Notes: generated by a model not told the origin, from the letters alone. Numbered from the stretch's first letter, positions 11,556 through 26,198 are shown. The stretch: 64,000 nt of DNA from Eutreptiella sp. 'Long Island Sound 2002' (GCA_964036045.1 OZ038378.1:84878001-84942000), one strand, 5' to 3'. Numbers and translations: made by a program.

Positions 11556-14259
11556 ATTCTTGAGCATCCCAAGCTGAAAAACTGCATAAGCAGGTTGTGT
11601 ACCAATCTCTTCGGCCCCCCCCCTCTCCCAACACCCGATATCCAAATAAGGTGAATATCACATAAATGCTGCCTACAAAAGTGGTCGCGACATCAAAAAA
11701 ATGCGTTGCATACGTTCCATCGCCTTCGGTACGTTCAAGACGGAGAGGATCTACCCTAGGCAACACGGACCAAAAAAAAACGGAAAACAACACATAAATA
11801 CGGGCGACAATGTGCTTTTCATACCTTGGATGATCATTTTAGGTGATCACAATATGAAAAAGATTTTTTTTCGATCCTTGCAGGTTTGAGCTGCCCGGGG
11901 TGAAAACCTACATCAACAGGTGGTATACCAATCCATTCACTCATGTAAGCCATTGTCAGTGGAAACGATTGTTTCTTGTCTTTTGCACGGGGTTGGACCA
12001 CGCGGCGCGATAGCTCGAGAGTACAAAAAAGCGCCCTTTTGTATTGTACTAGGCATATTGTGTCAAAAGATCCCTGCTTGCAGCCCCCAGAGTGTGCACC
12101 ACAGTGGCACCGAGGTCCCCCAAATTGCCAACGTAGCCACAATGGCTGAAAAGTTCAATAACCGCAGTAGGGCTGGTCCCACTCCGCCCCACACAAGCCC
12201 CATGGAGTTGGGACAGAAAAACATGTTTTTGGTCCCATGTGAAAAAAACTAACCGGTGCATGCTTTTCGACACACAACATCCAAAGGGTGGGGTCATTTC
12301 TTGACAATTTTGACCCGCTGCCTCTTGATGCCTCAAAACATTGGGATTCAAGTTGGGGGTGATCTTGGGGTCCGGGGCAAAAGCTCATTGGAGGATATGT
12401 TTATTTGGACAAAATAATGAGATTACCAGGAGTTAAACAAACATCTGAACCGCTTGAGGTAGGGCACGGAAAATGCCCGAACAGGCCCAAAGGGGGGGGG
12501 GTATGTGCTGGTTTCCCATGTATGCGGGCGCATTTGGCTTTGACCCAACAACCTCTGCGTGGTGATTCTATTGCATTTGGAAAGTCAACCTCGCACCTAC
12601 ACCGAACCACCAACACCCAACATGCAGTAAAAACCTCAAAAATTGTGCGTCAAAGAGACGCCACGTACCTTGGATGGTCATTTTGGGTGCTCACAATTTC
12701 AAAACAATAGGTTTCGGGATCTTTGCTTATTCAGCTACCACAGTGATGCATCAGCACGTTGTGTACCAAACCCTTGGGAAACTTCCCCGCCCCGAAGGCA
12801 ATACCCAAATAAGATGACAAACAATAATCGTAATTTTCTGTGGTCACAATATCCAAAAAACAAAATTTTAGAAACTGTGATATTCGAACTGCCCCGGGCG
12901 ATTAATGGCAAAAGCAGGTTGTGCACCACTCCATTGGGAATACCCCCCACCCAGGCAGTCGATCCCCAAATAAAGTGAAATACACTAATTGTCATTTTGT
13001 GCGGTCACAATATCAAAAGAAATAAGTTTTCGAAAATTTGTTTTTTGAGCAGACCATGGTGCAGGGTGAATACTAGCATTAGCACTTTTTGGACCAACCC
13101 TTTGGGAACAGCCCCCTCCCCCTGCATCCAATGCCCAATTAAGGCAAACATCACATTAATGCTGCTTCAAATGGTGGTCGCAATATCAGAAAACTAAGTT
13201 TCCGAAGTTCTATTGCCTTCGGCACGTTAATGTCACAGAAAATCAACCTTGGGCAATAGACACCCAAAATAGGATAAACGCTGCATAAATATGCGGCACA
13301 GCGTGCTTCACATACCTTGGAGGGTCCTTTTAGGTGATCAGGATATCAAAATGTATCTTCGAAACTTCAACTTTTAAGCTGCCCAAGATGGAAAACTGCA
13401 TAAGGAGGTGCCACATCCAACGGGTGCTCTACCATCGGCAGAGCAACCTCACAATACACGACAGGCTTAAGGCATGGAAGTAGATGCAAACACGAAGCCC
13501 AAAGCGACACAGAATCCTGCACACGATGCGCCTACAACAACCAAAGCACATACATCCGAGGTGCAAAGACTCCCGGATATATATGCCAGAAGCACACATG
13601 GAATGACTGGTGAGGCCCGCAAGACTATGCCGTTGTATACCAACCCATTCACTCATGTAAGTGATTATTGGTTGAAACAGTCGTGTTGTGTGTTTCAGAC
13701 GGGTGTGGACCATCCCTGAGCAACGCTGGAGAGTTGAAAAAAGGGCCCTTTTGTATTTTAGTAGGCATGTCTTGTCACAATGTTCGTGCTTGCACCCCTC
13801 GAAGTGGGAACCCGAGGGGCAGCAAGGTCGCCAACACCCGCTCAATAGCAACGATGGCTAAAACGTGCATTTAGCGCAATAGCGCTCGTGCCACTCCGCC
13901 CCATACATGCCCCATGCAGTTGGGACAGGAAAACTCTTTTTCGGCTCAAAATTGCACAGAAACAAAGGTGCGTGATATTGGACTCAAAAAAATCAAAAAC
14001 TGGGGCTCAGTTCTTGACAATTCCGACCACCCGCCCCCTCTTGATACCTCAAAAAGTCGGTTTCAATTGGGCCGGGTCTCAAGTCTCGTACCAAAAGTCA
14101 TTTGGGAATGTGCTTCTTTGTACAAAAAAAAAGATTCTACAAGGGGTTGAACCAACAACTCAACCTCTTGGGTTAGGGTACGCCAATAGGTCTGCAAAGG
14201 CCCAAAATGGGGGGGGTATGTGCCGTTTTCCCATGTATGCGGGCACCGTTGGCTTTGAT

Positions 14260-15725
14260 GAAAGTCTTTCAAAACTTTTTTTTGATATTGTGACATCACA
14301 AAATGACCATGAAGTGTGTTCCACCTTATTTGGGTATTGAGTGCGGGGGGTGGGGGGTCCCAAGGGATTGGTACCGCACCTCCGTATGCCCTTTTTGACT
14401 GTAGTAGCTGAAAGTACTCAAACATTCCTAAACTTATTTGTTTAGATACTATGATCAACCAAAGGGACCATCTAAGGTATGTGAAGTATGTTATAGGTGG
14501 TTTGTTTGTGGATTTTACCGTACGTTGGGTGTGTGTGGTTCATGCAAATGCAAGGTTGACTTGTTGAAGGCAATAGAATCACCTCACAAACATTGTTGGA
14601 TGGAACCCAAGCGCACTTTGAATTGTTTGTTTCACTTCTTGTATAATGACTACTTTGCCTTGTTGGATGGAACCCAAGCGCACTTTGAATTGTTTGTCCC
14701 ACTTCTTGTATAATGACTACTTTGCCCAAGTAAACCCATCCCCCCATGAGGTGTTGGTCTGGACCCCAAGGCGCACCCCTAATCAAAATACACTCTTTGA
14801 AGGATCATGGGAGCGGGGGTCACAATTTACAAGAAATGCCCCCCCCCCTATTGTTTCATTGAGTCCAAAATCATGAACTATTTGCTTTTTTGCAATTTTG
14901 AGCGGAAAAAGTGTTTCTTTGTCCCAACTCCTTTGGGCTAGTATGAGGCAGAGTGGGACGAGCGCTATTGTGCTTAATGCATTTTTCAGCCGTTGTTGCT
15001 ATGTTTACGGGTCTGGGGACCTGTTTGCCCGAGTGGTGCCCAGTCCAAGGGGTGCAAGCAGGGATGTTATTACAGGATATGCCTACTAAAACACCAAAGG
15101 CCGCCTTTTAAACCTCTCTAGCCTTGTTGAGGGCTTGTCCAAACCCGTTTGAAAGACATAAAACGACTCTTTCCAACAATAATGGCTTACATGAGTGGAT
15201 TGGTTGGTACAGAACCGGCTCATACATCTTTGCACCCTGGGCAATTCGAAAATTGATGTTATTTGTTTGCTATTATGATCACCTTAAATGACCATCCAAG
15301 GTATGTAAACCATACTATTACCTGTATTCATGTGCTTTGTACTCTACTTCGGTTGTCTGTTCCTCAAAGTAGATGCTCTGCTAGGTGCACTTGCCTAAGG
15401 CAATAGAATTCCTCAAACTTATTTGTTTGATATTACCTTCGATGGTCATTTTAGGTGCTCAGAATATAAAAAAATACGTGTAGAAATCTTTGAATGTTGA
15501 GTTACCACAATGAAAAAACGCAATACACGGCCTTACCAATCCCTTGATAGCCCACCTCTCCCCCTGCACCAAATACTTAAATAAGGTGAATGACACATAA
15601 ATGCATGTGAAGTATGTTTTAGGTAGTTATTGTGTGGCTTTTACCGTGTTTTTGGTCTGTGTGGTTCGAGTCGATGTGAGGTTGATTTGCAGAGGGTAAT
15701 AGAATCACCACGCACAACTCGTTAG
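14260..15725 (-). repeat. Same inverted segment (copy 2), with an internal 67-bp tandem duplication at 14593-14726
   Basis: Junctions identical to copy 1 (GGCTTTG-AT-GAAAGTC and CGTTAG-AT-TCTTGAGC). Confidence 0.85.
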
Positions 15726-18700
15726 ATTCTTGAGCATCCCAAGCTAAAAAACTGCATAAGCAGGTTGTGTACCAATCTCTTCGGCCCTCCCCCTCTCCCC
15801 ACACCCGATACCCAAATAAGGTGAATATCACATAAATGCTGCCTACAAAAGTGGTTGCGACATCAAAAAAATGCGTTGCATACGTTCCATCGCCTTCGGT
15901 ACGTTCAAGACGGAGAGGATCTACCCTAGGCAACACGGACCAAAAAAACGGAAAACACCACATAAATACGGGCGACAATGTGCTTTTCGTACCTTGGATG
16001 ATCATTTTAGGTGATCACAATATCAGAACGATTTTTTTTCGATCCTTGGAGTTTTGAGCTGCCCGGGGTGAAAACCTACATCAGCGGGTGGTATACCAAC
16101 CCATTCACTCATGTAAGCCATTGTCGGTGGAAACGATTGTTTCTTGTCTTTTGCACGGGGTTGGACCACGCGGCGCGATAGCTCGAGAGTACAAAAAAGC
16201 GCCCTTTTGTATTGTACTAGGCATATTGTGTCAAAAGATCCCTGCCTGCAGCCCCCAGAGTGTGCACCACAGTGGCACCGAGGTCCCCCAAATTGCCGAC
16301 GTAGCCACAATGGCTGAAAAGTTCAATAACCGCAGTAGGGCTGGTCCCACTCCGCCCCAAACAAGCCCCATGGAGTTGGGACAGAAAAACATGTTTTTGG
16401 TCCCATGTGAAAAAAACTAACCGGTGCATGCTTTTCGACACACAACATCCAAAGGGTGGGGTCATTTCTTGACAATTTTGACCCGCTGCCTCTTGATGCC
16501 TCAAAACATTGGGATTCAAGTTGGGGGTGATCTTGGGGTCCGGGGCAAAAGCTCATTGGAGGATATGTTTATTTGGACAAAATAATGAGATTACCAGGAG
16601 TTAAACAAACATCTGAACCGCTTGAGGTAGGGCACGCAAAAATGCCGGACAGGCCCAAGGGGGGGGGGGGGGGTATGCGCTGTTTTCCCTTGTATGCGAG
16701 CGCATTTGGCTTTGATCCAACAACCTCTGTGTGGTGATTCTATTGCATTTGGAAAGTCAACGTCGCATCTACGCAGAACCACCAACACCCAACATACAGT
16801 AAAAACCTCAAAAATTGTGCGTCAAAGAGACGCCACGTACCTTGGATGGTCATTTTGGGTGCTCACAATTTCAAAACAATAGGTTTCGGGATCTTTGCTT
16901 ATTGAGCTACCACAGTGATGCATCAGCACGTTGTGTACCAAACCCTTGGGAAACCTCCCCGCCCCGAAGGCAATACCCAAGTAAGGTGACAAACAATAAT
17001 CGCCATTTTCTGTGGTCACAATATCAAAAGATAAAAGTTTTAGAAACTCTGATATTCGAGCTGCCCCGGGCGATTAATGGCAAAAGCAGGTTGTGCACCA
17101 CTCCCTTGGAAATAACCCCGCCCAGGCAGTCAACTCCCAAATAAAGTGAAAAACAATAATTGTCATTTTGTGCGGTCACAATATCAAAAGAAATAAGCTT
17201 TCGAAAATTCGTTTTTTTTAGCAGACCTTGGTGCAGGGTGAATACTAGCATTAGCACTTTTCGGACCAACCCTTTGGGAACAGCCCCCTCCCCCTGCATC
17301 TAATGCCCAATTAAGGGAAACATCACATTAATGCTGCTTCAAATGGTGGTCGCATTATCAGAAAAATAAGTTTCCGAAGTTCTATTGCCTTCGGCACGTT
17401 AATTTCACAGAAATCAACCTTGGGCAACGGACACCCACAACAGGATAAAAGCCGCATGAATATGCGGCACAACGTGCTTCACATACCTTGGATGGTCTTT
17501 TTAGGTGATCAGGATATCAAAATGTTTCTTCGAAACTTCAACTTTTCAGCTGCCCACGATGGAAAACTGCATAAGCAGGTGCCACATCCAACGGGTGCTC
17601 TACCATCGGCAGAGCAACCTCACAATACACGACAGGCTTAATGCATGGAAGTAGATGCAAACACGAAGCCCAAAGCGACACAGAATCCTGCACACGATGC
17701 GCATACAACAACCAAAGCACATACATCCGAGGTGCAGAGACTCCCGGATATGCCGGAAGCACACGTGCAATGGCTGATGTGGCCCGCAAGACTATGCCGT
17801 TGTATACCAACCCATTCACTCATGTAAGTGATTATTGGTTGAAACAGTCGTGTTGTGTTTTTCAGACGGGTGTGGTCCATCCCTGAGTAGCGCTAGAGAG
17901 TTGAAAAAAGGGCCCTTTTGTATTTTAGTAGGCATATCGTGTCAGAATGTTCCTGCTTGCACCCCTCAGAGTGGGAACCAGAGGGGCAGCGAGGTCGCCA
18001 ACACCCGCAACATAGGAACAATGGCTAAAACGTGCATTAAGCGCAATAGCGCTCGTGCCACTCCGCCCCACACATGCCCCATGCAGTTGGGACAGGAAAA
18101 CTCTTTTTCGGCTCAAAATTGCAAAGAAACAAAGCTTCATGATGTTGGACTAAAAAAATCAAAAAGTCGGGGACGGTTGTTGACCATTCCGACCACCCGC
18201 CCCCTCTTGATACCTCAAAAAGTCGGTTTCAATTTGGCCGGGTCTCAAGTCTCGGACCAAAAGTCATTTGGGAATGTGCTTCTTCGTACAAAAAAAAAGA
18301 TTCTACACGGGGTTGAACAAACAATTCAGCCTCTGGGGGTCGGGTACGCCAATAGGTCTACAAAGACCCCAAAAAATGGGGGGCTATGTGCCGTTTTCCC
18401 ATGTTTGCGGGCACCGTTGGCTTTGATCTAACGACCTGTGCGAGGTGATTCTATTGCCCTTTGCAAATCCACCTCACATCGACTCGAACCACACACACCC
18501 AACACACGGTAAAAGCCACACAACAACTACCTAAAACATACTTCACATGCATTTATATGTCATTCACCTTATTTAAGTATTTGGTGCAGCGGGGGAGGTG
18601 GGCTTTCAAGGGATTGGTAAGGCCGTGTATTGCATTTTTTCATTGTGGTAAGTCATCATTCAAGGATTTCGACACGTATTTTTGTGCTATTGTGAGCACC

Positions 18701-21700
18701 TAAAATGACCATCGAAGGTAATATCAAACAAATAAGTTTGAGAAATTCTATTGCCTTAGGCAAGTGCACCTGAAAGAGCATCTTCTTTGGGGAACAGACA
18801 ACCAAAATAGGGTAAAACGCACATCAATACAAGTAACAGTATAGTTTGCATACCTTGGATTGCAATTTAAGGTGATCATAATAGCAAACAAATAACATCG
18901 ATTTTTGAATTGCCTAGGGTGCAAAGCTGTATGAGCCGGTTCTGTACCAACCAATCCACTCATGTAAGCCATTATTGTTGGGAGGAGTCGTTTTATGTCT
19001 TTCAAACGGGTTTGGACAAGCCCTCAACAAGGCTACAGAGGTTTAAAAGGCGGCCTTTGGTGTTTTAGTAGGCATATCCTGTCATAACATCCCTGCTTGC
19101 ACCCCTTGGACTGGGCACCACTCGGGCAAACAGGTCGCCGGAACCGTCAACATAGCAACAATGGCTGAAAAATGCATTAAGCACAATAGCGCTCGTCCCA
19201 CTGTGCCTCATACTAGCCCGAAGGAGTTGGGACAAAGAAACACTTTTTCCGCTCAAAATTGCAAAAAAGCAAACAATTCATGATTTTGGGCTCATTGAAA
19301 CAACAGCGGGGGCTGGGGGGCATTTCTTGTAAATTGTGACCCCCGCTCCCATGATCCTTCAAAGAGTGTGTTTTAATTAGGGGGGCGTCTTGGGGTCCAG
19401 ACCAACACCTCATGGGGGGATGGGTTTACTTGGGCAAAGTAGTCATTATACAAGAAGTGAAACAAACAATTCAAAGTGCGCTTGGGTTCCATCCAACCAT
19501 GTTTGTGAGGTGATTCTATTGCCTTCAGCAAGTCACCCTTGCATTTACATGAACCACACACACCCAACGTACAGTAAATTCCACAAACAAATCACCTATA
19601 ACATAGTTCACATACCTTCGATAGTCCCATTACGTGATCACAGTACGTAGACAAATAAGTTTAGGAATGATTGAGTACTTTCAGCTAATACAGTCAAAAA
19701 CGGCATACGGAGGTGCGGTACCAATCCCTTGCGAGCCCCCCCCCCCCCCCCGCACTCAATCCCCAATTAAGGTGGAAAACACATAATGGTCATTTTGTGT
19801 TGTCACAATATCAAAAACATTTTTTGAAACACTTTCATTCTTGAGCATCCCAAGGTGAAAAACTGCATAAGCAGGTTGTGTACCAATCTCTTCGGACCTC
19901 CCCATCTCCCCACACCCGATACCCAAATAAGGTGAATATCACATAAATGCTGCCTACAAAAGTGGTTGCGACATCAAAAAAATGTGTTGCATACGCTCCA
20001 TCGCCTTCGGCACGTTCAAGACGGAGAGGATCTACCCTAGGCACCACAGACCAAAAATACGGAAAACACTACATAAATACGGGCGACAATGTGCTTTTGG
20101 TACCTTGGATGATCATTTTAGGTGATCACAATATCAAAAAAAATTTTAGACCCTTGGAGTTTTGAGCCGCCGGGGGTGAAAACCAACATCAGCAGGTGGT
20201 ATACCAGCCCTTGCACTCATGTAAGCCATTGTCGGTGGAAACAATTGTTTCTTGTCTTTCACATGGGTTCGGCCCAGGCTGCGCGATAGCTCAAGAGTAC
20301 AAAAAACAGCTTTTGTATTGTACTAGGCATATTGTGTCATAAGATCCCCGCTTGCAGCCCCCAGAGTGTGCACCACAGCGGCACCGAGGTCCCCCAAACT
20401 GCCAACGCAGCCCCAATGAATGAAAAATTCATTAACCGCAGTAGGGCTGGCCCCCCTCCACCCCACACAAGCCCCATGGAGTTGGCACGCTAAAACACGT
20501 TTTTAATCCCATATGAATATAAACTAACCGGTGCATGCTTTTGGACACACAACATCCAAAGGGTGGGGTCATTTCTTGACAATTTTGACCCGATGCCTCT
20601 TGATGGCTGAAAACATTGGGATTCAAGTTGGGGGGGATCTCGGGGCCCGGACCAAAAGCTCATTAGAGGATATGTTTATTTAGACAAAATAATGAGTTCA
20701 CAAGGAGTTAAAAAAACAATTGAACCCCTTGAGGTAGGGCACGCAAAAATGCCCGAACAGGCACAAAGGGGGGGGGGGGGGGGGGCTATGCGCCGTTTTC
20801 CCATGTATGCGGGCGCATTCAGCTTTGATCCAACAACCTCTGCGTGGTGATTCTATTGCATTGAGAAAGTCAACCTCGCATCTACGTCGAACCACAAACA
20901 CCCAACATACAGTAAAAACCTCAAACATTGTGCCTGAAAGATACGTCACGTTCCTTGGATGGTCATTTTGGGTGCTCACAATTTCAAAATAATAGGTTTC
21001 GGGATCTTTGCTTATTCAGCTACCACAGTGATGCATCAGCACGTTGTGTACCAAACCCTTGGGAAGCTTCCCTGCCCCGAAGGCAATACCCAAATAAGGT
21101 TACAAACAATAATCGTAATTTCCTATGGTTACAATATCAAAAGAAAAAAGTTTTAGAAACTGTGATATTTGAGTTCCCCGGGTGACTAATGGCATAAGCA
21201 GGTTGTGCACCACTCCCTTGGGAAATCCCCCCCGCCCACGCAGTCAATCCCCAAATAAAGTGAAAAGCAATAATTGTCATTTTGTGCGTGTTTTCGAAAA
21301 TTCGTTTTTTGAGCAGACCATGGTGCAGGGTGAATACTAGCATAAGCACTTTGTGGACCAACCCTTTTGGGAACAGCCCCCTCCCCCTGCATCCAATACC
21401 CAAATAAGGGAAACATCACATTAATGCTGCATCAAATGGTGGTCGCAATATCAGAAAAATAAGTTTCCGAAGTTCCATTGCCTTCGGCACGTTAGTTTCA
21501 CAAAAAATCAACCTTGGGCAACAGACGCCCAAAATAGGATAAAAGCCGCATGAATATGCGGCACAACGTGCTTCACATACCTTGGATGGTCTTTTTCGGT
21601 GATCAAGATATCAAAATGTTTCTTGGAATCTTCAACTTTTGAGCTGCCCACGATGAAAAGCTGCATAAGCAGGTGCCACATCCAACGGGTGCTCTACCAT

Positions 21701-22638
21701 CGGCAGAGCAACCTCACAATACACGACGATATTAAGGCATGGAAGTAGATTCAAACACGAGGCCCAAAGCGACACAGAATCCTGCACACGATGCGCATAC
21801 AACATCCAAAGCACATACATCCGAGGTGCAGAGACTCCCGGATATGCCAGAAGCACACGTGGAATGACTGATGAGGCCCGCAAGACTATGCCGTTGTATA
21901 CCAACCCATTCACTCATTTAAGTGATTATTGGTTGAAACAGTCGTGTTGTGTGTTTCAGACGGGTGTGGTCCATCCCTGAGTAGCGCTAAAGAGTTGAAA
22001 AAAGTGTCCTCTTGTATTTTAGTAGGCATATCGTGTCACAATGTTCCTGCTTGCACCCCTCGGAGTGGGAACCAGAGGGGCACCGAGGTCGCCAACACCT
22101 GCACCATAGGAACAATGGCTCAAAGGTGCATTAACCTCGTGCCACTCCGCCCCATACATGCCCCATGCACTTGGGGCAGGAAAACTCTTTTTCGGCTCAA
22201 AATTGCAAAGAAACAAAGCTTCATGATGTTGGACTCAAAAAATCAAAAAGTCGGGGACGGTTGTTGACCATACCGACCATCCGCCCCCTCTTCATACACC
22301 AAAAGGTTGGTTTCAATTTGGCCGGGTCTCAAGTCTTGGACCAAAAGTCATTTGGAAATGTGCTTCTTTGTATAAAAAAAAGATTCTACACGGGGTTGAA
22401 CAAACAACTCAACCTCTTGGGGTAGGGTACGCCAATAGGTCTACAAAGACCCAAAATGGGGGGGTATGTGCCGTTTTCCCATGTATGCGGGCGCTGTTGG
22501 CTTTGATCTAACGACCTGTGCGAGGTGATTCTATTGCCCTTTGCAAATCAACCTCACATCGACTCGAACCACACACACCCAAAACACGGTAAAAGCCACA
22601 CGACAACTACCTAAAACAAAGTTCAGATGCATTTATAT

Positions 22639-22802
22639 GGATTTTACCTGCAGTTTGTCCAAGGATTCCAGGCTGTAGCGGCTCCTCTCACTGCGATGTT
22701 TAAAGCCTATTTCGAACGCGAGTGGACAGCTGTGCATCAAGCTGCCTTCGACAAGCTGAAGCAAGCAATGATCAATGCGACAAATCTGAGTGCTATCGAC
22801 CC
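22639..22802 (+). mobile_element. Ty3/Gypsy pol fragment (RT thumb/connection) replacing ~350 bp of satellite
   Basis: GFYLQFVQGFQAVAAPLTAMFKAYFEREWTAVHQAAFDKLKQAMINATNLSAIDP matches the Gypsy pattern GFYRRFI..F...AAPLT.L.K....W...Q.AF..LK..L...P.L...DP. Flanks align to 18550 and 18912. Confidence 0.82.
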
Positions 22803-23366
22803 CCGGGTGCAAAGCTGTATGAGACGGTTTTGTACCAACCAATCCACTCATGTAAGCCATTATTGTTGGGAGGAGTCGTTTTATGTCTTTCAAACGGGTT
22901 TGGACAAGCCCTCCGCAAGGCTAGAGAGGTTTAAAAGGCGGCCTTTGGTGTTTTAGTAGGCATATCCTGTCATAACATCCCTGCTTGCACCCCTTGGACT
23001 CGGAAGCACTGGGGCAAACAGGTCGCCAGAACCGTCAACATAGCAACCATGGCTGAAAAATGCATTAAGCACAATAGCGCTCGTCCCACTCTGCCTCATA
23101 CTAGCCAGAAGGAGTTGGGACAAAGTAACACATTTTCCGCTCAAAATTGCAAAAAAGCAAACAGTTCATGATTTTGGACTCATTGAAACAACAGAGGTGT
23201 CTGGTGTCTATTGTCTGAGTGCCTGCAGCAGATTCCACCGGATGCACCGGATACGGCCGCCCCGGCCAGGCTGGGCTGGACGTCGCCACACCATGGTGGG
23301 CGCAGCGTCCATTGCGTCGCTCTCTTCTTCCCCACGTTCCCCCCCCCCTTGCCCTCGGTCCCTGTG

Positions 23367-26197
23367 ATACAATCCGCATGGGCACACGCCCTATGCCTTT
23401 AGTTCTGCCAATAGTAATAAATTCTGCATGGACACACGCCCAATGCCCCCAGTGCTGCCAAAAGTAATAAATTCTGCATGGACACACGCCCACCACCTTC
23501 AGTTCTGTCAAAAGTAATATATTCTGCATGGGCACACGCACAATGTTTCCAGTTCTGCCCAAAGTAATATATTTTGCATGGGCACACACCCTATGCCGTC
23601 AGTTCTGCCAATAGTAATAAATTCTGCATGGTCACACGACCAATGCCCCCAGTTGTGTCAATAGTAATAAATTCTGCATGGACACACGCCCAATGCCCCC
23701 AGTTCTGCCAAAAGCAATAAATTCTGCATGGACACACAACCAATGCCTCCATTTCCGCCAAAAGTAATAAATTCTGCATGGGTACACGCCCAAGGCTCCC
23801 AGTGCTGCCAAAAGGAATAAATTCTGCATGGGCACACACCCAATACCTTCAATTCTGCCAAAAGTAATAAATTCTGCATGGGCACACACCCAATACCTTC
23901 AGCGCTGCCAAAGTAATCATTTCCGCATGGACACATGCCCAATACCTTCAGTTCTGCCAAAAGGAATATATTCTGCATGGGCACACGCCCAATACCTTCA
24001 GTTCTACCAATAGTAATAAATTCTGCATGGACACATGCCCAATACCTTCAGTTCTGCCAATAGTAATAAATCATGCATGGGCATACGCCCTATGCCTTCA
24101 GTTCTGCCAATAGTAACAAATTCTGCATGGACACATGCCCAATACCTTCAGTTCTGCCAAAAGTAATAAATTCTGCATGGGCACACACCCAATACCTTCA
24201 GCTCTGCCAAAAGTAATAAATTTTGCATGGACACATGCCCAATACCTGCAGTTCTGCCAAAAGTAAGGTATTCTGCATGGACACATGCCCAATACCTTCA
24301 GTTCCGCCAATAGTAATAAATCCTGCATGGACACATGCCCAGTACCTGCTGTTTTGCCAATAGTAATAACTTCTGCATGGACACGCGCCCAATGCCCCCA
24401 GTTCTGCCAAAAATAATATATTCTGCATGGGCACACACCCAATGCTCCCAGTTCTGCCAAAAATAAAACATTCTGCATAGGCACACACCCAATACCTTCA
24501 GTTCCGCCAAAAGTAATAAATGCCGCATGGGTACATGCCCAGTACCTTCAGTTCTGCCAAAAGTGATACATTCTGCATGGGCACACACCCAATACCTTGA
24601 GTTTTGCCAATTGTCACAAATTCTGCATGGACACATGCCCAATGGTTTCATCTCTGCCAAAAGGAATAAATTCTGCATGGGCACACGCCCCATGCCTTCA
24701 GGTCTGCCAAAAGTAATAATTTCTGCATGGGCACACGCCCAATGCCCCCAGTGCTGCCAAAAGTAATATATTCGGCATGGACACATGCCCAATACCTTCA
24801 GCTCTGGCAAAAGTAATAAATTTTGCATGGACGCACACCCAATGCCCCCAGCTTTGCCGAAAGTAATATATTCTGCATGGACACATGCCCAATACCTTCA
24901 GTTCTGCCAATAGTAAGAAATTCTGCATGGACACATGCCAGATACCTGCAGTTCTGCCAATAGTAATAACTTCTGCATCGACACCTGCCCAATACCTTCA
25001 CATCTGCCAATAGTAATTAATTCTGCATGGGCAGACGCCCTACGCCTTCAGTTCTGCCAAAAGTAACAAAGTTTGCATGGGCACACACCCTATGCCTTCA
25101 GTTCTGCCAATAGTAATAAATTCTGCAGGGACACACGCCCAATGCCCCCAGTGCTGCCAAAAGTAATATATTCTGCATGGGCACTCACCCAATGCTCCCA
25201 GTTCTGCCAAAAATAAAACAGTCTCCATACGCACACACCCAATACCTTCAGTTCCGCCAAAAGTAATAAACTCTGCATGGACACACGCCCAATGCCCCCA
25301 TTTCTGCCAAAAGTAATATATTCTGCATGGGCACACACCCAATGCTCCCAGTTCTGCCAAAAATAAAACATTCTCCATACACACACACCCAATACCTTCA
25401 GTTCCGCCAAAAGTAATAAATTCTGCATGGACACATGCCCAATACCTTCAGCTCTGCCAAAAGAAATAAATTCTGCATGGGCACACGCCCTATGCTCCCA
25501 TTTCTGCCAAAAGTAATAACTTGTGCATGGCCACACGCCCAATGCCCCCAGCTCTGCCAAAAGTAATATATTCTGCATGGACACATGCCCAATACCTTCA
25601 GTTGCGCCAATAGTAATAAATGATGCATGGACACGTGCCCAATACCTTCAGTTCTGCCAATAGTAATAAATTCTGCATGGACACGTGCCCAATACCTTCA
25701 GCTCCGCCAATAGTAATGAATTCTGCATGGGCACACGCCCTACGCCTTCATTTCTGCCAAAAGTAACAAAGTTTGCACAGGCACACACCCTATGCCTTCA
25801 GTTTTGCCAATAGTAACAAATTCTGCAGGGACACACGCCCAATGCCCCCAATGCTGCCAAAAGTAATATATTCTGCATGGGCACTCACCCAATGCTCCCA
25901 GTTCTGCCAAAAATAAAACATTCTCCATACGCACACACCCAATACCTTCAGTTCCGCCAAAAGTAATAAATTCTGCATGGGTACATGCCCAATACCCTAG
26001 TTCTGCCAAAAGTGATACATTCTGCATGGGCATACGCCCTATGCCCCCAGTTCTGCCAGTAGTAATAAATTCTGCATGGACACACGCCCAATGCCCCCAG
26101 TTCTGCTAAAAGTAATATATTCTGCATGGGCACACGGCCAACGCCTTCAGTTCTGCCAAAAGTAATAACTTCTGCATGGGCACACGCCCAATGCCCA
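23367..26197 (+). repeat. 50-bp minisatellite, about 56 copies
   Basis: Consensus AAAAGTAATAAATTCTGCATGGRCACACGCCCAAT(ACCTT/GCCCC)CAGTTCTGCC, with AGTTCTGCCA-type markers recurring every 50 bp. Confidence 0.97.
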
Positions 26198-26198
26198 C

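Noticed and set aside
21866-21895. CTGATGAGGCCCGCAAG resembling a hammerhead ribozyme core
   Set aside because: Stem II does not close, there is no GAAA, and paralogous units have CTGGTGAG or CTGATGTG.
9328-22956. Recurrent 60-200-aa ORFs in the macrosatellite
   Set aside because: Start/stop positions differ between paralogous units and no domain is recognisable; artefacts of repetition.
23197-23222. GTGTCTATT and TCTGAGTG, both substrings of the recalled euglenid spliced leader
   Set aside because: They are in the wrong order with no T-tract-CG/GT donor; likewise T7CG at ~33788 lacks the rest of the leader.
23367-26197. 50-bp array as a CRISPR array or as Cys/Trp-rich repeat proteins (many minus-strand ORFs)
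   Set aside because: No unique spacers and no cas genes. The unit length is not a multiple of 3, and the ORFs are frame-cycling by-products.
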